Below the pieces are notes generated by a model. The model worked only from the letters and a program-made list of their open reading frames with translations, did no database searches and was not told where the DNA came from. A stretch of DNA of 64,000 nucleotides, taken from assembly GCA_030390025.1 (NCBI GenBank), contig CM059431.1, positions 114,144,001 through 114,208,000 of the forward strand. Direction: 5' to 3'. How positions within the stretch are numbered: the stretch's first letter is position 1; each line of letters starts with the position of its first letter. This DNA is from Squalus acanthias. Lineage: Eukaryota. A program made the translations under genes and the position numbers. Below are positions 37,487 to 49,606 of the stretch, one piece after another.

Positions 37487-40400
37487 TTTACTGCAGGTAG
37501 CTGTACTGTACAGGCATTGAGTGCAGATAATTTTAATATACAGGCATTGAGTGCAGGACCTGTAATGTACAGCCATTGAGTGCAAGTACCTGTAATGTAC
37601 ATGCATTGAGTGCAGATAACTGTCATATAAAAGAATTGATTGCAGGTACCTGTAATATTCAGGCATTGACAGCAGGTAAATGTAATTAACAGGCATTGAC
37701 TGCAGGTACCTGTAATGTACAGGTATTGAGTGCAGATAACTAATATACAGGCATTGAGTGCTGGTACCTGTAACGTGCAGGTATTGAGTGCCGATAACTG
37801 AAATATACAGGCATTGAGTGCAGGTACCTGTAATATACAGGCATTGAGTGCAGGTACCTGTAATGTACAGGCATTGAGTGCAGGTACCTGTAATGTACAG
37901 GCATTGAGTGCAGGTGTCAGTAATGCATAGGCACTGAATGCGGGTACCTGTAGAGTACAGGCATTGATTGCAGATAACTGTAACGTGCAGGCATTGAGTG
38001 ACGATAACTGAAAGATACAGGCATTGAGTGCAGGTAACTGTAATATACAGTCACTGCGTGCAGGTACCTATAATGTACAGGCATTGAGTGCAGCGACCTG
38101 TAACGTACAGGCATTGAGTGCAGGTACCTGTAATGTACAGGCCTTGAGTGCAAGTACCTGTAATGTACATGCATTGAGTGCAGATAGCTGTCATATAAAG
38201 AATTGATTGCAGGTACCTCTAATGTACAGGCATTAACTGCAGGTACCTGTAATGTACAGGCATTGAGTGCAGATAAACGTAATATACAGGCATTGAATGC
38301 TGGTACCTGAAACGTGCAGGCATTGAGTGCCGATAACTGAAATATACAGGCATTGAGTGAAGGTACCTGTAAGGTACAGGCATTGAGTGCAGGTACCTGT
38401 AATGTATAGGCATTGAGTGCAGGTACCTGTAATGTACAGGCATTGAGTGCAGGTGTCAGTAATGTATAGGCACTGAGTGCAGGTACCTGTAGAGTACAGG
38501 CATTGATTGCAGGTACCTGTACTGTACAGGCATTGAGGGCTGATAACTGTAATATAAAGGCATTGAGTGCAGGTACCTGTAATGTACAGGCATTGAGTGC
38601 AGGTACCTGTAATGTACAGGCATTGAGTGCAGGTACCTGTAATGTACAGGCATTGAGTGCAGGTACCTGTAATATACAGGCATTGAATGCAGGTACATGT
38701 AATGTACAGGCATTGAGTGCAGGTAACCGTATAATACAGGCATTGAGCACAGTTGCCTGTAATATACAGGCATTGAGTGAATTTACCTGTAATGTGCAGG
38801 CATTGAACGCAGGTACCTGTAATATACAGGCAAAGAGTGCAGTTACCTGTCGTGTACAGGTATTGAGTGCAGATAACTGTAATATAGAGGAATTGAGTGC
38901 AGGTAACTACTGTAAAGGCATTGAGGGCAGGTACCTGTAATCTACAGGCATTGAGTGAGGTATCTGAATTGTAGAAGCATTGAGTGCAGGTACCAGTAAT
39001 GTACAGGCATTAAGTGCAGGTACCTGTAATGCACAGGCATTGACTGCGAGGTCCTGAAATATACAGGCATTGAGTGCAGGGGTCAGTAATGTATAGGCAC
39101 TGAATGCAGGTACCTCTATTGTACAGGCATTTACTGCAGGTAGCTGTACTGTACAGGCATTGAGTGCAGATAATTGTAATATACAGGCATTGAGTGCAGG
39201 ACCTGTAATGTACAGGCATTGAGTGCAAGTACCTGTAATGTACATGCATTGAGTGCAGATAACTGTCATATAAAAGAATTGATTGCAGGTACCTGTAATG
39301 TACAGGCATTAACTGCAGGTACCTGTAATGTACAGGCATGGAGGGCAGATAACCGTAATATACAGGCATTGTATGCTGGTACCTGAAACATGCAGGCATT
39401 GAGTGCCGATAACTGAAATATACAGGCATTGAGTGAAGGTACCTGTAAGGTACAGGCATTGAGTGCAGGTACCTGTAATGTATAGGCATTGAGTGCAGGC
39501 ACCTGTAATGTACAGGCATTGAGTGCAGGTGTCAGTAATGTATAGGCACTGAATGCAGGTACCTGTAGAGTACAGGCATTGATTGCAGGTACCTGTACTG
39601 TACAGGCATTGAAGGCTGATAACTGTAATATAAAGGCAATGAGTGCAGGTACCTGTAATGTACAGGCATTGAATGCAGGTACATGTAATGTACAGGCATT
39701 GAGTGCAGGTAACCGTATAATACAGGCATTGAGCACAGTTGCCTGTAATATACAGGCATTGAGTGAATTTACCTGTAATGTACAGGCATTGAATGCAGGT
39801 ACCTGTAATATACAGGCTAAGAGTGCAGTTACCTGTCGTGTACAGGCATTGAGTGCAGATAACTGTAATATAGAGGAATTGAGTGCAGGTAACTACTGTA
39901 AAGGCATTGAGGGCTGGTACCTGTAATCTACAGGCATTTAGTGAGGTATCTGAATTGTAGAAGCATTGAGTGCAGGTACCAGTAATGTACAGGCATTAAG
40001 TGCAGGTACCTGTAATGCACAGGCATTGACTGCGAGGTCCTGAAATATACAGGCATTGAGTGCAGGGGTCAGTAATGTATAGGCACTGAATGCAGGTACC
40101 TCTATTGTACAGGCATTTACTGCAGGTACCTGTACTGTACAGGCATTGAGTGCACATAATTGTAATATACAGCCACTGAGTGCAAGACCTGTAATGTACA
40201 GGCATTGATTGCAGGTAACTGTAATGTACAGGCATTGAGTGCAGGAACCTGTAATTTTCAAGCATTAAGTACAGGTACATGTAATGTACAGGCATTGAGT
40301 GCAGGTAACTGTAATATATAGGCATTGAGTGCAGGTACCTGTAATATACAGGCATTGAGTGCAGGTAGCTGTAATATACAGGTATTGAGTGCAGGTAACT

Positions 40401-43133
40401 GTATAATACAGGCATTGAGCACATTTGCCTGTAATATACAGGAATTGAGTGCATTTACCTGTAATGTACTGGCATTGAATACAGGTACCTGTAATATACA
40501 GGGATTGAGTGCAGTTACCTGTCGTGTACAGGCATTGAGTGCAGGTAAAAGTACTGTACAGACATTGAGGGCAGGTACCTGTAATCTACAGGCATTGAGT
40601 GCAGGTCTCTGAATTGTAGAAGCATTGAGTGCAGGTACCAGTAATGTACAGGCATTGAGTGCAGGTACCTGTAATGCACAGGCATTGAGTGCGAATACCT
40701 AAAGTATACATGCATTGAATGCAGGTGCCTGAAATATAAAGGCATTGAGTGCAGGTAACTGTAATGTACATGCATTGAGTGCAGATAACTGTCATATAAA
40801 AGAATTGATTGCAGGTACCTGTAATGTACAGGCATTAACTGCAGGTACCTGTAATGTACAGGCATGGAGTGCAGATAACCGTAATATACAGGCATTGAAT
40901 GCTGGTACCTGAAACGTGCAGGCATTGAGTGCCGATAACTGAAATATACAGGCATTGAGTGAAGGTACCTGTAAGGTACAGGCATTGAGTGCAGGTACCT
41001 GTAATGTATAGGCATTGAGTGCAGGTACCTGTAATGTACAGGCATTGAGTGCAGGTGTCAGTAATGTATAGGCACTGAATGCAGGTACCTGTAGAGTATA
41101 GGCATTGATTGCAGGTACCTGTACTGTACAGGCATTGAGGGCTGATAACTGTAATATAAAGGCATTGAGTGCAGGTACCTGTAATGTACAGGCATTGAGT
41201 GCAGGTACCTGTAATATACAGGCATTGAATGCAGGTACATGTAATGTACAGGCATTGAGTGCAGGTAACCGTATAATACAGGCATTGAGCACAGTTGCCT
41301 GTAATATACAGGCATTGAGTGAATTTACCTGTAATGTACAGGCATTGAGTGCAGGTAACCGTACAATACAGGCATTGAGCACAGTTGCCTGTAATATACA
41401 GGCATTGAGTGAATTTACCTGTAATGTACAGGCATTGAACGCAGGTACCTGTAATATACAGGCAAAGAGTGCAGTTACCTGTCGTGTACAGGTATTGAGT
41501 GCAGATAACTGTAATATAGAGGAATTGAGTGCAGGTAACTACTGTAAAGGCATTGAGGACAGGTACCTGTAATCTACAGGCATTGAGTGAGGTATCTGAA
41601 TTGTAGAAGCATTGAGTGCAGGTACCAGTAATGTACAGGCATTAAGTGCAGGTACCTGTAATGCACAGGCATTGACTGCGAGGTCCTGAAATATACAGGC
41701 ATTGAGTGCAGGGGTCAGTAATGTATAGGTACTGAATGCAGGTACCTCTAGTGTTCAGGCATTTACTGCAGGTACCTGTACTGTACAGGCATTGAGTGCA
41801 GATAACTGTAATATACAGGCATTGATTGCAGGACCTGTAATGTACAGGCATTGAGTGCAGGTAACTGTAATGTACAGGCATTGAGTGCAGGTACCTGTAA
41901 TTTCAGGCATTGAGTGCAGGTACCTGCAATTTACAGGCATTGAGTGCAGGTACATGTATTATTCAGGCAATGATTGCAACTATCTGTAATATGCAGGCAT
42001 TGAGTGCAGGTACCTCTAATATACAGACATTGAGTGCAGTTACCTGTCATGTACAGGCATTGAGTGCAGGTAACTGTAATATACAGGCATTGAGTGCAGG
42101 TACCTGTACTGTACAGGCTTTGAGGGCTGGTACCTGTAATCTACATGCATTGCGTGCAGGTATCTGAATTATACAAGCATTGAGTGCAGGTACCACTAAT
42201 GTACAGGCATTGAGTGCAGGTACCTGTAATGCACAGGCATTGAGTGCGGCTACCTGAAATATACATGCATTGAGTGCAGGTAACTGAAATATAAAGGCAT
42301 TGAATGCAGGTAGCTGTAATGTACAGGCATTGACAGCAGGTAAATGTAATTAACAGGCATTGTGTGCAAGTACCTGTAATGTACAAGCATTGAGTGCAGA
42401 TAACTGTAATATACAGGAATTGATTGCAGGTACCTGTAATGTACAGGCATTGACTGCAGGTACCTGTAATGTACAGGCATTGAGTGCAGATAACTAATAT
42501 ACAGGCATTGAGTGCTGGTACCTGTAACGTGCAGGTATTGAGTGCCGATAACTGAAATATACAGGCATTGAGTGCAGGTACCTGTAATGTCAGGCATTGA
42601 GTGCAGCTACCTGCAATTTACAGGCATTGAGTGCAGTTACGTTGTCGTGTACAGTCATAAAGTTCAGGAACCAGTAATCTACAGGCATTGAGTGCTGGTA
42701 TCTGAATTGTACAAGCATTGAGTGCAGGTACCAGTAATGTACAGGCATTGTTTGCAGGTACCTGAAATATACAGGCATTGAGTGCAGGTACCTGTAATGT
42801 AAAGGCATTGAGTGCAGGTCCCTGTAATATACAGGCATTGACGGCAGGTACCTGTAATATACAGGCATTGGGTGCAGGTACCTGTAATGAACAGGCATTA
42901 TGTGCAGGTACCTGTAATATACAGGCATTGAGTGCAGGTACCTGTAATGTACAGGCATTGAGTGCCGGTACCTTGAATTTCAGGCATTGAGTGCAGGTAC
43001 CTGCAATTTACAGTCATTGCGTGCAGGTACTTTTATTATTCAGGCATTGATTGCAGGTATCTGTAATATACAGGCATTGAGTGCAGGTAGCTGTAATATA
43101 CAGGCATTGAGTGCAAGTACCTGTAATGCACAT

Positions 43134-46100
43134 AAGAACATAAGAACATAAGAAATAAGAGCAGGAGTAGGCCAATTGGCCCCTCGAGCCTGCCAAGCCA
43201 TTCAGTCAGATCATGGCTGATCTGATCCTAACCGCCAATCTACTATCACAGAACCATCTCCTGAACCTAACAGAATTGGACACATGAAATAGGAGCAGGA
43301 TCAGGCTACACGGCCCCTGGGCCCGCTACGCTACCCACAGGGCCATGACCGATCCGAACCTAGACTCATGTCCAAATTCCTGCCCGCTCCCCGTAACCCT
43401 TAATTCCCTTTACTTCTAGGAAACTGTCTATTTCTGTTTTAAATTTATGTAATGATGTAGCTTCTACAGCTTTTTGGGGCAGCATATTCCATGGACCTAC
43501 CACCCTCTGAGTGAAGTAGTTCCTTCTCATCTCAGTTTTGAAAGAGCAGCCCCTTATTCTAAGACTATGCCCCCTAGTTCTAATCTCACCCATCATCGGG
43601 AACATCCTCCCCGCATCCACCCGATCCAACCCCTTCACAATCTTACATGTTTCAATAAGATCGCCTCTCATTCTTCTGAACTCCAATGAGTAGAGTCCCA
43701 ATCTACCCAACCTCTCCTCATATGTCCATCCCCTCATCCCCGGGATTAACCGAGTGAACCTTCGAGAGCAAGTATGTCTTTTCTTAAGTATGGACACCAA
43801 AACTGTATGCAGTATTCCAGGTGCGGTCTCACCAATACCTTGTACAACTGAAGCAATACCTCCGTATTTTTATATTCTATCCCCTTAGCAATGAAAGCCA
43901 ACATTCCATTGGCCTTCTTAATCACTTGCTGCACCTGCATACTAACCTTTTGAGTTTTGTGCACCAGGATCCCCAGATCCCTTTGTACTTCAGTACTTTC
44001 CAGTTTCTTGCCATTTAGATAATAACTTGCTCTACTATTTTTCCTGCCAAAGTGCATAACCTCACACTTTCCAGTATTGTATTCCATCTGCCAAATCTCT
44101 GCCCACTTACTTAGCCTGTCTATGTCCCCTTGCAGATTTTTTATGTCCTCCTCACTCACTACTTTCCTTCCCATCTTAGTATCATCTGCAAACTTTGATA
44201 TGTTACACTCGGTCCCCTCCTCCAAATCGTTAATATAGATTGTAAAGAGTTGGGGACCCAGCACTGACCCCTGCGGAACACCACTAGTTACTGATTGCCA
44301 GTCTGAGAATGAACCATTTATCCCAACTCTCTGCCTTCTGTTAGATAGCCAATCCTCTATCCATGCCAGTATATTACCCCCAATCCCGTGATTTTTTTAT
44401 CTTAAGCAATAATCTTTTGTGTGGCACCTTGTCAAATGCCTTTTGGAAGTCTATATACACCACATCCACTGGTTCCCCTTTATCCACCCTGTGTGTTACT
44501 TCCTCAAAGAACTCCAGCAAATTTGTCAAACATGACTTCCCCTTCATAAAACCATGCTGACTTTGTCCTATTAAATTATGATTATCCAAATGTCCCGTTA
44601 CTGTCTCCTTAATAATGGACTCCAAAATTTTAACTACCACAGATGTTAGGCTAACCGGTCTATAGTTTCCAGCCTTTTGTCTACTGCCCTTTTTAAATAA
44701 GGGTGTTACATTAGCAGTTTTCCAGTCTGCCGGGATCTTTGCTGAGTCCAGGGAGTTTTGGAAAATTATTACCAATGCATCCACAATCCCTACCGCCACT
44801 TCCCTCAAGACCCTAGGATGTAAGCCATCGGGTCCAGGTGATTTATCCGCCTTGAGTCCCATTATTTTACCGAGTACCACTTCCTTAGTGATTTTGATTG
44901 TGTTTAGCTCCTCCCCCCCCTATAGCCCCCTGTTTGTCCAGTGTTGGGATATTCTTAGTGTCCTCTACTGTAAAGACTGATACAAAATATTCATTCAGTG
45001 TATTTGCCATCTCCATATTTCCCACCATTAATTTCCTGGTCTCATCCTCTAAGGGACCAACATTTACTTTAGCCACCTTTTTTCTTTTTATATAACTATA
45101 AAAACTCTTACTATCTGTTTTTATATTTTGCTAATTTACTTTCATAATCTATCTTCCCTTTCTTAATCATTCTTTTTGTTATTTTTTGCTGTCTTTTAAA
45201 GTTTTCCCAATCCTCTATCCTCCCACTAGATTTGGCTACCTTAAAAAAAACCTTGTTTTTAGTCGAATACTATCCTTAATTTCTTTACTTAGCCACGGAT
45301 GACTGTCTTTTCTTTTACACCCTTTTCTTCTCAGTGGAATATATATTTTTTGGAAGTTGTAAAATAACTCCTTAAATGTACACCACTGATCATGTATTGT
45401 CTTACCCTTTAATCTATTTTTCCAATCCACTCTACTCAATTCCGCTCACATACCTTCATAGTCTCATTTATTCAAGCTTAGCACGCTTGTTTGAGATCCA
45501 ACCTTCTCACCCTCTAATTGAATATGGAATTCAAACATGTTATGGTCACTCATTCCAAGGGGATCCTTTACTAGGACATTTTTAATTAATCCTGTCTTGT
45601 TACACAGGACCAGATCTAAGGTTGCTTGCCCCCTGGTCGGTTCAGTTACATACTGCTCAAGAAACCCATCCCTAATACACTCAATGAACTCATCTTTAAG
45701 GCAGCCCTGCCCAATTTGATTTGTCCAATTAATATGATAGTTAAAATCCCCCATAATTATAGATGTTCCCTTATTACAAGCCTCAACTATTTCCTGATTG
45801 ATACTCCGTCCAACAGAGTTGCAACTATTCGGAGGCCTATAGACTACGCCCACTAGTGTTTTTTTCCCCTTATTATTCCTTATCTCCATCCAAACTGTTT
45901 CATTATCCTGATCTTTTGACCCAATATCATTTCTCTGTATTACAGTGATTCCTTCCTTTATTAACATAGCCACCCCACCTCCCCTTCCTTCCTGCCTGTC
46001 CTTCCTGATCGTTAAATAACCTGGTATGTTTAATTCCCAGGCATTGTCACCCTGCAGCCCTGTTTCTGTAATGGCCACAAGATCATACCCATATGTAGTT

Positions 46101-46813
46101 ATTTGTGCCATTAACTCGTCTATTTTGTTACAAATGCTACGTGCATTCAGATAGAGAACTTTCAAATATGTTTTGTGACACTTAGTTCCTGCTTTTGCCC
46201 TACTTATTACTTTACCTTTTACTCCATACCTTCTGCCCCTTCCTGACACACTCTGGTTTTTAATTTCCCCACTGCTACCTAAGTCTATGACCTTCTCTGT
46301 TGTCATTTTTATTATTTGCTCTCTAGGAACCTCCCCCCCACTAGTTAGTTTAAAGCCCTCTCTACAGCCCTAGTTATATGATCCACCAGGACTCTAGTCC
46401 CAGCACTGGCCAAGTGAAGCCCGTCCCAATGGAACAGCTCCCTCCTGTCCCAGTACTGGTGCCAGTGTCCCAGGAAGCAAAACCCATTTCTCCCACACCA
46501 GTCTTTGAGCCACTCATTTAACTCTCTAATTTTATTTGTCCTAGCCAAATTCGCTCGTGGCTCAGGTAATAATCCAGAGATTATTACCTGATTATTATTA
46601 CCCTTGAGGTTCTGTTTATTAATTTGACCCCTAGCTGCTCATACTCCTTTAACAGAACCAGCTTCCTTGTCCTATCTACGTCATTTGTACCAACATGGAC
46701 CACGACAACTGGATCCACCCCTCCCACTGCAAGTTTCTTTCCAGCCCAGAGGAGATGTCCTTAACCCTGGCACCGGGCAGGCAACACAGCCTACGGGACT
46801 CTCGCTCTCGGCT
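43134..46813 (-). mobile_element. CR1 LINE inserted in the satellite: frameshifted ORF2 plus partial ORF1 (SGNH esterase-like)
   Basis: ORF2 fragments 45464-46306, 44374-44880, 43746-44264, 43366-43800; ORF1 remnants CCLPGARVKDI and WDGLHLASAG..ERALN*; (AAGAACAT)n tail; ACAT on both flanks (43130-43133, 46814-46817). Confidence 0.96.
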
Positions 46814-49061
46814 ACATGCATTGAGTACAGATAACGGTAATATAAAAGCACTGAGTGCAAGACCTGTAATGTACAGGCATTGAGTGCAGGTACCTGTAAT
46901 TATCAGGCACTGAGTGCAGGTACCTGTAATGCACACGCTTTGAGTGCGGGTACCTGAAATATACAGAAATTGTGTGCAGTTAACTGAAATATATAGGCAT
47001 TGAGTGCAGGTAACTGTAATATACAGGCATTGAGTGCAAGTACCTGTAATGTACATGCATTGAGTGCAGGTACCTGTAATTTCAGGCATTGAGTGCAGGT
47101 ACATGTATTATTCAGGCATTGATCGCAGATATCTGTAATTTCGAGGCATTGCGTGCAGCTACCTTTTGTGTACAGGCATTGAGTGCAGGTAACTGTAATG
47201 TACAGGCATTGAGTGCAGGTTCCTGTAATTTTAGGCATTGAGTGCAGCTACCTGCAATTTACAGGCATTGAGTGCAGGTACATGTATTATTCAGGCATTG
47301 ATCACAGGTATCTGTAATATGCAGGCATTGAGTGCAGGTAGCTGCAATATACAGGCATTGAGTGCAGGTAACCATATAATACAGGCATTGAGCACAGTTG
47401 CCTGTAATATACAGGCATTGACTGCATTTACCTGTACTATACAGGCATTTAATGTGGGTACCTGTAATATACAGGCATTGAGTGACTTTACCTGTCGTGT
47501 ACAGGCATTGAGTGCAGGTAACTGTTAATATACAGGCATTGAGTGCAGGTACCTGTACTGTACAGTCATTAGGTTCAGGTCCCAGAAATCTACAGGCATT
47601 GAGTGCAGGTATCTGAATTGTACAAGCATTGAGTGCAGGTACCAGTAATGTACAGACATTGTTTACAGGTACCTGTATAGCACAGGCATTGAGTGTGGGT
47701 ACCTGAAATATACATGCATTGAGTGCAGGTACCTGAAATATAAAGGAATTGATTGCAGGATGCCTGTAATGTACAGGCATTGAAAGCAGGGAACTGTAAT
47801 TAACAGGCATTGAGTGCAAGTACCTGTAATGTACATGCGTTGAGTGCAGGAGTCAGTAATATATCGGCAATGAATGCAGGTACCTGTAGAGTACAGGCAT
47901 TGATTGCACATACCTGTAGTGTAAAGGCATTGAGTGCAGGTACCTGTAATATACAGGCATTGAGTGCAGGTAACTGTAATATACAGGCATTGAGTGCATG
48001 TACCTGTAATGTACAGGCATTGAGTGCAGGGACCTGTAATATACAGGCATTGAGTGCAGGCACCTGTAATATACAGGCATTGAGTGCAAGTACCTGTAAT
48101 GTACAGACATTGAGTGCAGGTAACTGTAATGTACAGGCATTGAGTGCAGATACCTTCAATTTACAGTCATTGCGTGCAGGTACATTTATTATTCAGGCAT
48201 TGATTGCAGGTATCTGTAATATACAGGCATTGAGTGCAGGTAGCTGTACTATAGAGGCATTGAGTGCATGTACATGTAATGTACATGCATTGAGTGCAGA
48301 TGACAGTAATATACAGGCATTGACTGCAAGTACCTGTAATGTAAAGGCATTGAGTGCAGATAACAGTAATATACAGGCATTGAGTGCTGGTACCTGTAAC
48401 GTGCAGGCATTGAGTGCAGATAACTGTAATATACAGGCACTGAGTGCAGGACCTGTAATGTACAGGCATTGAGTGCAGGTAACTGTAATGTACAGGCATT
48501 GAGTGCAGGTACCTGTAATTATCAGGCATTGAGTGCAGGTACCTGTAATGCACAGGCTTTGAGTGCGGGTACCTGAAATATACAGACATTGAGTGCAGTT
48601 AACTGAAATATATAGGCATTGAGTGCAGGTACCTGAAATATAAAGGCATTGATTGCAGGTATCTGTAATATACAGGCATTGAGTGCAGGTAACTGTAATG
48701 TACAGGCATTGAGTGCAGGTAACTGTAATTATCAGGCATTGAGTGCAGGTACCTGTAATGCACAGGCTTTGAGTGCGGGTACCTGAAATATACAGACATT
48801 GAGTGCAGTTAACTGAAATATATAGGCATTGAGTGCAGGTACCTGAAATATAAAGGCATTGATTGCAGGTATCTGTAATATACAGGCATTGAGTGCAGGT
48901 AACTGTAATGTACAGGCATTGAGTGCAGGTAACTGTAATGTACAGGCATTGAGTGCAGGTACCTGAAATATAAAGGCATTGATTGCAGGTATCTGTAATA
49001 TACAGGCATTGAGTGCAAGTAGTTGTAATATACAGGCATTGAGTGCTGGTAACTGTATAAT

Positions 49062-49606
49062 AGAAGCAAAGAAGATAGGAGCAGGAGTAGGCCATTTGGC
49101 CCCTCGAGCCTGCTCCGCCATTTAATGAGATAATGGCTGATAAACCAAATTCAGTACCCTGTCCCTGCCTTCTCCCCATATCCCTTTATCCCTTTAGCCT
49201 TAAGAAATATATCTATCTCCTTCTTGAATATATTTAATGAATTGGCCTCAACTGCCTTCTGTCGTAGAGAATTCCACAGGTTCACCACTCTCTGGGTGAA
49301 GAAATGCCTCCTCATCTCAGTCCTAAATGGCTTACCCCTTATCCTTAGACTGTGACCTCTGGTTCTGGACTCCCCCGCCATCAGGAACATCCTTCCTGCA
49401 TCCAGTCTGTCTAGTCCTGTTAGAATTTTATAAGTTTCAATGAGATCCCCTCTCATTCTTCTAAACTCTAGCGAATATAAGCCTAATCGACCCAATCTCT
49501 CTTCATACGTCATTCCTGCCATCCCAGGTATCAGTCTGGTAAATCTTCGCTGCACTCCCTCCAATGCAAGAACATCCTTCTTCAGATAAGGCAACCAAAA
49601 CTGCAC
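49062..49606 (-). mobile_element. Short 5'-truncated CR1 LINE inserted in the satellite
   Basis: ORF 49151-49621 (VQFWLPYLKKDVLALEGVQRRFTRLIPG...FFTQRVVNLWNSL); flanks rejoin to the variant monomer TATAATACAGGCATTGAGCACAGTTGCC. Confidence 0.95.
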
